DNA of 64,000 bases from positions 61,256,001 to 61,320,000 of the forward strand of contig NC_134474.1 of NCBI RefSeq assembly GCF_964194025.1. The letters run 5' to 3'. Positions 51,330 through 63,819 of the stretch are shown here, piece by piece; within the stretch, counting starts at the first letter, position 1; every line of letters begins with the position of its first letter. Made by a program: the position numbers and the translations under genes. The notes under the pieces were generated by a model. That model saw only the letters and a program-made list of their open reading frames with translations, had not been told where the DNA came from and ran no database searches. The DNA is from Convolutriloba macropyga. Lineage: Eukaryota.

Positions 51330-54300
51330 TATATAATATTGCCTCCCCTTTTCAGTACTGATCGCCTCTGTTCACCAATTGTTTCCGCTGCGCTATATTG
51401 ATTGCTTTCAGTTATGAGATTTCTGAGTAATGATTTTTACACATTTCACTGATCAATTTTACGCCAATCAAACTCGCGTGAGGTGTCACAATATTGGCTT
51501 ACAATCTGACCTACGGGTTGAGTTTTTTTCTGATTCCTCTCATCCGCGTATTTACTTGTCTGAAAGTTGCCAATTGTTAATAGTGGGAATTACATCCATT
51601 GATCACTGGAAGATGCATTTTGTTTCAGCTTTTCTTTTAGCCTATTGCTTAATCGGCGTATTTATTAAGGAAAAAGTATGCACTGTCCTTTTTGTTAAGC
51701 TTAACTTTTGATTTGCAATCCGCTGTTTTTGCGTTCTTTTTAGAGTAACCTAAAATTTTACCAATTTTCTGACTTACAATGCCTCACGACTAATTTTCTG
51801 GGTACTGATTTTTCCTCTTGTTTTTTGTTTCAAGGTGTTGTCAAAGTATTGCCGGTCGTTTAGCGATCGAAAAAGCCTATGGATAGCACACTCTACATTA
51901 TTTTGTTTGCTGAGACTTCAACGTAAACTGTGCATCAACGTAAACTGCCATGTTCAGGCGGCCTAGCCACGTTTTTCGTTTCTGAACTCCGGATTTCCAA
52001 GCAAACTCTCTCCTAGTTAAAGCGAATTGTTGAAGGTTGTCTTTTACTTTGCGAATAATGTCATCTACATATCGATGTTTTTTCACCTGAAATTCTTTTC
52101 CTAAAAAACATGACCAATTTACAGTTTTGCTGCTGATTCATATTTTGAGATCGTTGTTGATACCAGATCTCTCATTTTTTGCGAATAATGTCATCTACAT
52201 ATCTTTCAAATAGTTTTTTCCTATTTTGGTTATCAGTTGATGTTTTTCACTAATAGAGTTTTGCTCCCTACTTATATTTTGACATTTTTGATGATATCAG
52301 TTGTCGCATTTTTTGCATTTAGCTTTCTCGATTCCAAGCCATTTTTTACATTCAGGGCAATTTTGTTTTGAAGTTTTTGTTTCTCTAGAGCTCATTTCCT
52401 TCTGAACACATAGTTAAAAAATTTCCCGCCATGAAAACTGGCAGAGAAGCCCACGTTGCCAAACGGTCTTTTTGACAGTACAATCTACCATTACTTTTAA
52501 AATAAGCGTTGATGAGTGCTAGTTTGATTACGAGCTTGTGTTGATCTTTCAATATCAGTAGGGGTAGCACTGGAGTAAAGAAATCACAAAACAAACTCAA
52601 TGGCTTCCGTGACGCGAATTTTTTTAACATCTATTGATACAGTTTTCTCTTTTGCGCCAAGATTAAGACTTTGGTCCTGCTATCAGACTCAAATTTTCGT
52701 TAGATCCCGGCACCTTTTCAAAATTTGGAGTCCAACAAATAAGTTACGGTAAGGACCTTGAATAGATGAAACGGGGCACATTGGTGTGTATTGTTTCTGA
52801 ATTTTGGCCACCGCATAAGGTTGCGCTTGTTTTATGCCCACTTTTTGTATTTTTTTCCTAATGAGATCAGATCTTGTTTTTTCGTTTTGAGTAAAGTTCC
52901 GTCTATACCTTTTTGTATTGAGGAATTTCTCTTCATTTGTTGTTCCTCCTCGCGAACAAAGTGGACTTTCCACTATTCTCTCCATTTTTGATTTCGATAT
53001 TGTTCTTCCTTACGCAAAATTCGTTTGCTTCATCAAGAGGTACAGCTAAAAGTTTATTCTCTATGAATTTTAGGCCCTTTTTATAATCGTCTTTCAGCTG
53101 GTATTTCTCTAATTTTTTGGCGTCCCATTTAGGTGATGCCTCTACCTCACAAAGGACTTCTTGCTTATTTGTTAATATCAGCTTGAAAAAGTGTTCCACG
53201 TGTTTTTAATGGGTGTTTTGGTGCGTTAAGATGAAGTTCTTTGGCAAAAACTGGTAGTTTTATTCCGTCGAGAGCTCTGACTCTGTCTTCGTTTTCGTTT
53301 AATGGTCCTAGCTCGACAGTGCGACAGTTTTTCAAACTTTTGCCACTTTGAGTTGTTTTCTATCAATGAGGTAATCTTTTTTTGTAGATAAAGATTACTG
53401 AGGCTGTATTTTTATCTTTAACTGGGCTCCTGATTTTTGATCTACTAGTCTCCGTTTTTTCTACTGGTCTGTAACGCTATTTTCAGTTTTCATCAGCTCG
53501 TCTTTTCAGTAATCTACACTGAAAAGTTTTTACTGCCTGTTCAGGGAACGGCGTTATTCGGAGCACAAAAATCGGTAGTTAGATCTTTATCTGCACATTT
53601 CTTTAGGATGTGTGCTCTTGGGTAACCTTTCTCGTGTGTTATAAGTTTCAATTCACCGTTTCGCCGACTATATGTGGCGTAGCCACCTGGGGATTAGGAC
53701 TATGCTTGACATTAGTACCATGACTGGATTATTCATTCGAACTGCGGACTACTACGCTCTTAAGTAACAAGGTTGCTTCCTCCGCAAGACGCATGTCCCG
53801 CACTACGTTGGTTCCTGTCGGATTTCGGTTCCTCAAATTTTTGTCGCTGAATAACATTCTGTGCAGTTCTCTATCTGTGTCCTGATTGAGTTATTGGTAC
53901 TCCGTGAAGATAAATGCAGGCTTCTGCTTCCTCTTGCAGATTGTGCTTTTGTCACCTAGAGGACCAATATTCCATTACAGAAGAGATTCTTGAATTTATT
54001 AGGCATGTTTTTCTCATAGTACAGTCACTCGAAACTGCTTACTATTTGATGTCAAATGCTCGGTGAGATGTTTTTGCTGCAGAGTTTGCAGTTCGATCTG
54101 TGTTTTGCTAGAGTTTGCATCATGCAGGATAACTAGGTCTCTTCTGTTTAACGAACTGCTTCATTTCAACAAATGGTGGATCTTCTTCGTTGGATTATAC
54201 ACAAAAGGGTTTGGATTTAATCGTGGTACCATGATAATGTGGCGTAGCAGATCCCGCTTTTTGTCCTTGGTGCCGTGATTTTTAGCCTCAAAAAGTGAGC

Positions 54301-54330
54301 TGACTGCCAAATTTGTCTTTATGCTCTACA
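51330..54330 (-). mobile_element. Decayed Penelope-like element (RT + GIY-YIG) in FAF1 intron 2
   Basis: VPLDEAN (xDKG), YAVAKIQK..TPMCPVSS, YFKSNGRLYCQKDRLATWASL, RYVDDII, IHRLFR...ENQYP; GIY-YIG remnants GCNSHY...PVGQ...EAINI. Confidence 0.85.
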
Positions 54331-55288
54331 AATGTTACGTTTTCAAAGAACATATTTTGTGCCTTTCTAGAGCTTCTAATCTGTTGACTGAATCAATTAG
54401 TTAAAATCTAAGAAATATGAAATTTTTCTACAAATGTCTTAATTATAGCAACATCATCTGGTAAAATGGAACTTATAATTAGTCTATTTACAATTAAAAT
54501 GATTTCAGTTCAATTATGAAACAAAACTATAGAGTTTCTTGGAGTATCGTTTTTCGTTACGTCGTTAATTTTATCTTAATCTTGTCGTATCGGTTTTGAA
54601 AGTTTTCTGTGACTTTAACCATTTTTTTAAACTGTTTGGAACATTTCAATGGCTTAATTCGCTAATATGTATTGTTCAAATAAAGCAGCAAGCCTACTTA
54701 TAACTAAACAAAATGTGATTTAGTTATGATAGCCAAAGTCACACGTTAAGTATCAGGATATAAATAAACACGTTGTTAGACTGTCATTCATCGGAAGTAT
54801 TCGATGCTCAGCATGACTTTGGGATTAAGGTATGCAAATTTAGCAAAATAAAGATTAATCACTGTATACAAAAAGGATGGTTGGTTTTCAAGTCAAGAAG
54901 ATTTATTCCACAAAATTTAGAACCAGACGAAGCTTGATGGTTGCGCGGGTTAAGTTCGAACAGTTACTTTAGTTAATCCGGACACCGAAATGAATCACTC
55001 ATGAAATGAATCACTACATTGAAAAGCTTAGTCTATGCTTAAAATACCTTAAAAGATGGTTAGGGAAATTAGACGTTGATATATCAAATTTGAATCCTAC
55101 TGAAAAAGTGATACCCGTTGGTATAGAGCCCTGGAGGATGTCACCTAAAAATATTGATAGGAACAGACTCTTTCTGCTTTCTTTGCCTGTTTCGTTCCCA
55201 ATAAAGATCAATGTGGTTAATCACGGCTAGTTGCGACCATGTTACTACTATAACGTCTCCGTCCTTTCAAAGTGTGATGTTGTTTTAG

Positions 55289-55416
55289 ATCACCAGCTTC
55301 TCCCAGAAGAGTACCCGATTTTGATGATTTTGGACTGCAGGACTTTGTTGCTTCTCCTGCGAGTCCCATCAATGTTAATGGAACAACTCAGAATACAGCG
55401 CAGCAGCCTTCAACTG
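55289..55416 (+). CDS. FAF1: FAF1-like exon 3
   Basis: TTTTAG acceptor, phase 2 in and phase 1 out as needed to join exons 2 and 4; SPASPRRVPDFDDFGLQDFVASP...; GTAATG donor. Confidence 0.65.
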
Positions 55417-56506
55417 GTAATGTTCTCCTCAAATTACTAGAAAAAAATTGGAATATATGATGTTAGATTATAGATCTTATGAAATGGAAAACTTCAGAAG
55501 TGTAACAAGTGAACAATGGTTACCAAAAAACACTTGTATATATTGATTAAGTATAACTAAACTTGACCAGTTACACTTCTTGGATTGAGTGATGGATAAA
55601 TTTTTAAAATATTTTTAATAGCCGTCATTAGCCTTTCAACGGCTATTATTTAGGCGCTCTCCTTTTTATAAGCCTTTGAAGAGGAGTTCAGTGACCTATT
55701 TTTTGAAATAAGTCGAGTGGTTTTTGAAACAGGATGTAAAAGTCAAGGCAGCACGTGAAAACAAGTGTTTAGGTCAATCTGCTGAACAAAAGTAGAGAGA
55801 ATGAGAGAGGCGCATTATTCTGAAATAGAGTGGGAAATGAAGGTGAGAAAAAAATTTGCTCTAAGCGAGCTATATTTTTGATCGCTTGCGGTTTTTTCAA
55901 AGCGGTTTTTGTTTTATTTCTTACTTTTTTAGCCAAAGGTGAACTTCTGTTATCCTAGCTAGTAGGAGCAAATATTAGGCCTGAGCAATTTTGAGGTATT
56001 TTACTTTTGTAAGACAATGTTTTGGTAGATTTTGTATTCTTTCAGTATCTATTTTGTATCATTTTATCTATTTTAAGCATTTGGAAAGTTTTCTTGGGTG
56101 ACATCAGTTGTCCTAGAGACTTTGTTAATATTTGGATTTGATTGACATTGATTTTGATTTTGTTGTTAACGAAGGATTTTTTTCAAATTTTGGCCGAGTT
56201 TTTTACGTATTACTTCTAAATTTAAGCTTTTCGCAGTAGTTTCTCGTGTTTACTATTTATCTTTTTAATCTATTCCTTATTATGAAGATCAGGCATGCTA
56301 TCACTAAAAAAAATGTACCAATTTGTAGTTTTTTTCAGGATTTCTGCTTTTATTTTAAATGTTTAGTGTCTCTGTAGCCATTGCGCGGGTAACTGGACGA
56401 GCAGTCTTTTGATTTCTTCTAAGAAAAATCGTTGAGAAGTAGCTTTTTACTCTCTGTAGTGGAATTTTGTTTGAAAAAAGCTTTCTTTTTTCCTTTAGTT
56501 GCTCCA

Positions 56507-57284
56507 TTAATTGCTCTCAAACGAAGTTTTGATCGATTATATGTTCCTGTCGTCTTTTTAAATGCGATTTTTCTGTTAACCGATTTTTTGTCTGACCCAT
56601 TTGAATTTTCGTCCCCCAAAACGTGATGAACAGTTAGTGAAGAATGCGGTTCACCAAAACTGAGGACACAATTTCAGCGTGTGAAGGGTGGTTTTTAATA
56701 TTGATAATTAACCCCCAGTCACCCCCCTCCCATCCACCCTCACCCCCAACACACCCGCCCTCCACCTGGCGCCGTTTGAACCCTCTCTCGTCCAGTGCTC
56801 CTAACCCTAGCCCCATCGCTTGACCCCCCCATGGTAGCAGCTGAGCCCCAGCTGAAGCCCGCCGCTCTCGAACAGAGTTTGAGGAAATTATTGTAAGCGT
56901 GTGTCTTTTTTATGCAAAATTTTTCCTTGAACATTTGCGTACGTTTTCTAAATCATTTCACTTTTCGAGCAACTTTAAGATTTTTTAGAGTGATTCGAGC
57001 TGCGCGCATGAAGAAATTAAGTCTGTTGCTAAAATAAAACTGATTGTGAGAGCAGACTGTACATTTTGTAGAGTTGTGGTTAATGTCTGCAACTCTCATC
57101 CTTTGAGATCACGTGTTGTACTCTCCCTCGCCAGAAATTTTCGCACCATAAAAGTTTCTCTAGCCTATGCCCCCTCAATGGGCGGGATAATTTGCGCCCA
57201 TAGGAATAATTTTATAGAGGCTACAGCCCCTGAATTAAATTGCCCCCCGATGGCAGTTTGTCCGAAGTTAGTCGGTTTTTGCTT
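56507..57284 (+). mobile_element. HINE-like B/A chimeric copy
   Basis: B-type 5' end, A-like interior with degenerate tRNA segment, 3' CCGAAGTTAGTCGG hairpin. Confidence 0.6.
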
Positions 57285-57406
57285 AGATTTTGAAATAGAA
57301 GTTTGTCATGTTGTATCTTCATTTTTCATGTTTCATTGCCAGTGGATTTCAAAGGGCGAGGGCGTCAAAGGTGACCACTTTCGGCAATATACATTTTGTG
57401 TTTTGT

Positions 57407-57940
57407 TTAATAGCCGCCCTCATCTTCTCAGCCGGCTATTATTGCGCTCGTATTTTTTTTTTACTTCGTCAAACTTTTTTTCGCTTTACCATTTTGCCGC
57501 TTTTTCGACATTTTGCGTGAAATCTTTTTGACTTCTCTAGGCTAGTTTCTCTCTTCTCTCATTCTGCTAAAAGTGAATTTGAACATCAGTTGCTAAGCAA
57601 AGCAATTCAAAATGAACAGAGTCGGTATAAAAAATTGAAGTCAGAAATAGAAACGGGATAAACCCATAAAGCCCAATTTTTAGATGCCCGCTATTTGAAC
57701 GTCGTTCCTATAAGTCTTAGTTACCACCTCTAATGCTTATTGGTGTTGATAGTAGCCCCTGTAGCCTCTCTCTAAGAAACAGAAGTATGTTCAACTACGA
57801 AATGCCATCAAAATAAATTGGACTTAAAAAACATTTTTGTACAGAAATCTTTTTTTTTCAATATATTCTATTCGTTCAATCCCAATCATGCTTATTGGAA
57901 TCAACGGCGGCTATTTTCCGGCAATCTGCCGGGTATGTTT
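57407..57940 (+). mobile_element. HINE-like family C, copy 2
   Basis: Colinear with 49519-50046; same subTIRs and hairpin. Confidence 0.72.
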
Positions 57941-58588
57941 TAATAGCTGCTTCTTGTTATTGATCTCATCGTTGAGAATGGGCAGTTTACTTTCTGGTAT
58001 GGAATTTTAAAAAACACCTTTCTTTTCTCCTTTTATTAATTGCTCTCAGACGAGGTTTGAGGAGACAATTTCAAGTTGTGAGGTGGCAGTTCTTGGTCTT
58101 GTAAACTTTAACCTTCAGTCACCCCACCTCCAGACACCCCGTCGACCCTCCTGCAGCTCTCCCTCAGCCCTACCCCCACCCCACCTGACCCCCCCCCCCC
58201 CCCCACTCCGCTCGGAAATACGGGCAAATTCAAAAAGTGCATTCAAAAGAAACTGGACAATCAATATAGTCCGGGCACTAAGACGTAATGTTTAAAGACT
58301 TTTGGTATTTGTTTTAAGCGTATTGTCCTCCAAATTGGAGACTGAGTTCGCCATGTTTATTGAATCCAATGAAACTGCGCACCAACTTGGAACATTTTTT
58401 GAACTTTGAAAATTAGGCAATTGTTAGTACTCTTTATTTTTCTCTGGCTGTTTAAATCCCAACGTCGGTTAGTGGGGGTCAACGGCGGCTATTTTCAGGC
58501 AATCAACCGGCTATGTCTGTGAGACTGTCTAACTCTTCTTTTTTTCGATGACATTTTGATTATTACGTTTATCTTTGTTCTTATCCAG

Positions 58589-58882
58589 GTATCAGCTACC
58601 TATCATCCAATATAAGTGGCAGTAGACCACACGAGTTTCGAGGCACCAACCCCCCGACTACCTCTTCCTTCTCAGCAACCAATCAGAACCAGAGCAGGAG
58701 CATTTTACAAAATGGAAGTAGCCAGTCAAAAATGATTAATCTTGAAATTGAGACCGAGGATCTGCAGACGCGACTGCCTTTGAGTCGAGTTTTTACTTTC
58801 TCTCGGCACTCAATAGTTCTGGAGGTCAAGTCGAGAGCCACCACAGAGTTCCTAATTCCAGTGGGCCAGCAGTTATGGACAG
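58589..58882 (+). CDS. FAF1: FAF1-like exon 4 (start of ubiquitin-like domain)
   Basis: TCCAG acceptor, phase 1/1; ...MINLEIET...FTFSRHSIVLEVKSRATTEFLIPVGQQLWT(G); GTGAG donor. Confidence 0.85.
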
Positions 58883-59621
58883 GTGAGCATGTCACATCAA
58901 TAACATCTGCAAACGAGGTATACGTTACGCGACTCTGCTTGAAGTCACTTGAGAACATCTTTTATCTTGTTTATCGCGTAGCAGTTCGAGATTTTAAACT
59001 AAAATTTCGAAGTAATTTCTGCGGAGTAACGTAACGTACTCAAAACAAGCTCGTGCATGCTATAAAATGCCGAAACTCTGCGATACCTGAAGTTATAATA
59101 CCACAATTCCCAGAATAAGTATCCAGAAGCTTACTTCTATGAACTTCGGCATTTTAAAACGAGCAGGTTGCGTGTTTTAAACAAGGTTGCATAACTCTGC
59201 AGAAGTCACTTCAAAAATCTGGCTGCTCATCTCCAACTGCTATCTCGTTTTACGCCAGAAATTTTCAGTAACTTCAAGCAGAGACATAACCTATACTTAA
59301 AACTGGCAGGTTTGATAATGCCGGAATTTCATGGGAGAGATGAAATATTTTAATGCTAAATATTTTAATAGTTTTTTGTACTTAACACTGAATTGCTGTC
59401 CCCCACCTACGTCGTGGTAATGGGCTGCTTTTTTGCATGGCTATATTTGAATTTGGATAGTTTAAGGAGGACCCCCTAGTTAGTCAAAATAAGAAATATA
59501 TTCTACAATAGCTCTGAGCAGATCCTGACTAGCATTGCATTGCTGTTCGCTTTGACTGTTTAAAGTTCGAATGATGAATTATGAACAGTAGATGAGATAG
59601 AATTTATTTTCTTTTTCACAG

Positions 59622-59858
59622 GCTGGCCCCCAAGCACAGATGACAGTGCGGTGCTATCTTCTCTTGGCCTATCCAACCCACACAAACTACAGTTGAGAAA
59701 GAAACAGCAATCTTTGAACAATTTATCATCCATGCCACCACCCCCATTTACTTCCCTGACCTCATCACAGTCAGCAGCTGTTCGTGGGAGCCAACCCGGG
59801 CGAAACAGGAGAAATCAGACACTACCGAATGGTATCCCTAACACCAGCAGTGTTCTCG
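59622..59858 (+). CDS. FAF1: FAF1-like exon 5
   Basis: TTTTCACAG acceptor; (G)WPPSTDDSAVLSSLGLSNPHKLQL resembles FAF1 UBL2 GWPTSATDDSMCLAESGLSYPCHRL; GTAAG donor, phase 1. Confidence 0.85.
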
Positions 59859-59909
59859 GTAAGCGTAGATATCACTTTATATTGTTCTATGTAAATCAAT
59901 ACATTGTGT

Positions 59910-60683
59910 TTAATTGCTCTCAAACAAAGTTTGTAGCAATTTTATTTGTCCTGTGGTCTTTTTTATGCGATTTTTCGTCGTCTGCCCCATTTAACTTTTT
60001 GTCCCCACAAGCAGAATAAACAGGTAACACTTGGAGTAAACAGGTAACACTTGGAGAGCATTAAGTTCTCTTAGAGCCTTACGCCTAATCAGTCTAGGAA
60101 TGGGATTCGCCAATACTGTTTTGAGCAGACAATTTCATAGTGTGAAGGGTGGTTCGTAATCTTGAAAATTGGACCCCCAGTCACCCCTCCCCCACCCACC
60201 CTCACCCCCAACACGCCCGCAGTCCCTCCTGGGTACTATCGAAGCCAGCCGCTCGCCGATCTCGAACGAAGTTTGAAGAGTTTATTGTAAGCATGTCATG
60301 CTAAATTTTTGGTTGAACGTTTTCACACGTTTTCTTCTAGAACATTTCACTTTTCGAGCGACTTAAGATTTTTTAGAGTGATATGAGTTGCGCGCATTGA
60401 GAAATTAAGTCTGTTGCTAAAATAAAACCGATTGTGAGAGCAAGCCGTACATTGTGTAGAATTGTGGTTAATGTCTGCAACTCTCATCCAAGAGGTCGCT
60501 TGTTGTAACCTCCCACTGGCCAGAATTTTTTGCACCATAAAAGTTTCTCTAGCCTATGCCCCCTCACTGATCGAGGTAATTTGCACACATAAAAATAAAG
60601 TTATCTAGGCTACAGCTCCTGAAATAATTTGCCCCGCCTGTCGTTCGAGTGCAATTTGTCGGAATTTTAGTCGGTCCATACTT
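59910..60683 (+). mobile_element. HINE-like B/A chimeric copy
   Basis: Colinear with 56507-57284. Confidence 0.6.
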
Positions 60684-61486
60684 AGATTTTGAAATGGAAC
60701 TTTGTCATGTTGCATCTTTATTTTTCCTGTTTCATTCCCAATGGATGTCAAAGGGTTGGGGGTGGGGCGTCAAAGGTGACCATTTGGGGTTTTATGTTTT
60801 TGTTTAATAGCCGCTTTTTGTTTATTGGTCTTCTGTTGGTTTTTATTACTCGAAGAGTAGTATTGCTTTTCTTGAGGTTTATTGTTTTTTTTTTACCGGA
60901 AGCACTTTTTGTTCAGACGAAATTTTGACCTAAAAGCAACAGTGAGTAAAATTGCCACGTGAACTAACTGTTTCCGAGCGAGAGTTTTTTTGATCATGTG
61001 CTGCTATTAGTGCATGACTTCTCGACTGTGAAAAGTGTTTTTGAGAATGGTGCTTACAGATAACCGTTTTCAGCCGTTTGTCGACAATTTGGATTGAATT
61101 TTTGGTTGTAGTTTGATTTTGCCGTGATAATTTTTGATCGATGCTGCAATGCTATGTAACTTTCAGAGATTGATACCATAATTTTTTGAGAGCCTAATAA
61201 TACGTTTCAGCTGCAAAATGGACGTTTCAGCCAATGTTGGCTTTTTTCTCAAATTTGTTCATTTTTTATCTCTCAGCAGACTTTGTCTGAGAAATCTATA
61301 CAGCAATACAGTAATGAGTTTTTGAGAATTAATGCTCCGAACACCTCTTCTTGACTTGAGGTATTTTTGTTATTTTTCAAATTGTACATATACCAATCCG
61401 ATTTAGGCCATTTTTGCCCCTTTTCCCAAGTTACTTGTTTAATTTTAAATTTTTAGAAAAAGATTTTAGGTGCCAAGTCAGGTTTT

Positions 61487-61888
61487 TTAATTGCTCTTGA
61501 ACGCAGTTCATATTGATTATTGTAAACATGTGTGTCTTTTTTATGCAAATTTTTCGCTTGACAATTTTGCGCTTTTCTTCTAGAACATTCTTTGACTTCT
61601 CAAGTGACTTTTTCACGCTTTCGTTCTTTCATTTTTGAGTGATCTCTAGTGCTTCGAAGTAAAGCTAGTTGCTAATATAAATCGGTTGCAACATAGGAAA
61701 ATTAGGTGACTCGTAACGCAGTGGTAAGTGTGGGTGGCCATGGATCGGGAGGTCATTGGTACGAATCCCGGTGGGGTTGAGTTTTTTTGCACCCATAAAG
61801 AAAAATTGATCCATGCTAAAGACCATGAATTAAATTGCCTCGCCGGTCGTTCAAGAGCAATTCTTCCGACATTTGTCGGTTTATGTTT
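61487..61888 (+). mobile_element. HINE-like family A, copy 3
   Basis: Perfect 15-bp subTIRs AATTGCTCTTGAACG / CGTTCAAGAGCAATT, hairpin CCGACATTTGTCGG, tRNA-like segment at ~61708-61777. Confidence 0.78.
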
Positions 61889-62949
61889 GAAATTATTGTT
61901 ATTAATAATTGATTTATTTTTGGAGTAAGTCATTGAAATTCTGTAAAACTGTGTTTCATATTTGCAAATTAACAATATTTGGGCATTTTTTTCACAAAGT
62001 TTTTTAGACTTTAGAAATGTTGATCCCATTTTTGCATTTTATGGAGACGGCAGGATGGTCTTGTAATTTTTTGAGATGTGAATGCTCAAAAAATTGAATG
62101 ATTTTGCTTCTGCGTCATTTTTTATCAATTTGATTTTTAATTTTCAAAAATAGAACTTTGTTTTTTTTTGCGATGTGTCCGTCTTTTCCGCAGTCTAGCA
62201 TGTATAGTTCTAGCATTATCCGAAGACATTTAGTATTTCTGCTCTGCTTTCTATAACTGTTAAAACATTAAAGATTTAGCATTTTTTCATGTTTAATTAA
62301 ATTTTTGTTTGCATTTAATTTTGTTTATTATTTTGCAGCAGAGTTTTTCTAACTTAGTTTTCAAAAGGTTGACTGATATTTGTTTTCTGTGGATATTTGT
62401 GGAGCTACGTTTAGGTAGTAAACTATTTTTTGGTTTTTTTTAGTTTTGTTCTGTTTCCTTGGTCTTTTCATCATTATTTAAAATTTCCAATAGTTTGGTT
62501 TCTTTTTGTCCTTTACGTCTGCAACAAGAAAGAAGTATGTTGGTTTTGCGTCGTAATAGTTTTTGGAACCTAATTCTTGTCCATCTGAAAGTTTTGGCTT
62601 TTTCGTTGCTACCAGGTGGTTCCAAGAATACCAAATTTTGGTGTTTCAAGCTTTTACGGTGGGTTTTCAGTCTAAATTATGTCATTTCAAGATTTAAATC
62701 TGAGTTTTTGGTATGGTTTCTTTAAGACGATAAGTTTTCTCTAATGTTACTTGTTTTGATGTTAATGCTCAAAAATGCTTCCGACAGGGGCTTAATTGTT
62801 TACCGATTTTTAAGTTAACTCTCTTGAGCTAATGAATAATTGTTTTTCGAGAAAAGACAGTATTTTCGACTGAAATTGTGGTTTGGGTTGGAAAGGACAG
62901 CGGCGGCTTCGAGTCGCTTCTGGAATTTGTCCGGCTATGTTTTATTTCG

Positions 62950-63378
62950 TCAACAGGATTTTCTTTACAATCATATGACGTCACAGATCTGCTTTTTGTT
63001 CATTCTTTCATGCTATTTTAACTGAATTGCGTGCGTGACGTAGTTTTTCACTCTTATATCGAGTTGTTTTTTGTTCATTCGCGTGATTAAATTTTTTGTC
63101 ACGTGACTTAACTCACTCTCAAAAATGACTTCCTCTCTCTGAAATTGATCTTTTTTTGCTTGCAAGTGAGTTTGTGTCACTGTAATTGAAGGGTATTTGA
63201 GGGCAGCTAATAGAAGCATCAATAAGTTTAACAGATTCTTAATCAAAATATAACATCTCAGCTCTCACCATTTAATTTAAAAAATTTAAAAGTTTTGGTC
63301 TATTTGTTTTACTATCTTTTTGAGGCTGCAGATCTACGAAGCTGTTGCGGCTATTTTCTGGCAATCTGGCAGCTGTTT
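62950..63378 (+). mobile_element. HINE-like family D copy (5'-truncated)
   Basis: Colinear with 16117-16615; ends TGCGGCTATTTTCTGGCAATCTGGCAGCTGTTTTT. Confidence 0.68.
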
Positions 63379-63819
63379 TAACTTTGGCTTCTTTGCCCAC
63401 ATTGTTTTTTCCCTGACATACAAGCAACGATTGGTTTCCTTTTTCTGCATTTTTTTGAATTACAATGTAACCAATGTGTTGTCGGGCGCGGTTCTTTTCC
63501 TGTATTCTGGTGGCCATATTTTCAATTTTTTGCGCCCTATAGAAGCTAGAATCTGCTATTATATTAATTAAAAAGGAACTAGGTGCCGAGCTGGAAAGTG
63601 GCGAAGGAAACCAAAATTGAGTTTCGGTTCACTGAAGAGTGCAGTGTTGTTCGGCAGCTACAGAAAAACGATGTTTTTTAGTTAATTAGTGAAACAAGAA
63701 ATTGGTATTGGCTGGTATCGAGGCGATTGAACTGTTCAATTCTGCAAGATATGTTTGAGCATTATTGGCATCATCTGTACGCAGATAGCAAGTGTATCTA
63801 ACAAATAATGATTGTGTAG

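Noticed and set aside
53470-53500. Minimal hammerhead CTGATGA-AAACT-GAAA on the minus strand
   Set aside because: No convincing stem I or III, and it lies in probable coding sequence of the element
55006-55230. Possible extra FAF1 exon
   Set aside because: No similarity to FAF1 and no well-placed splice sites; exon phases already join without it
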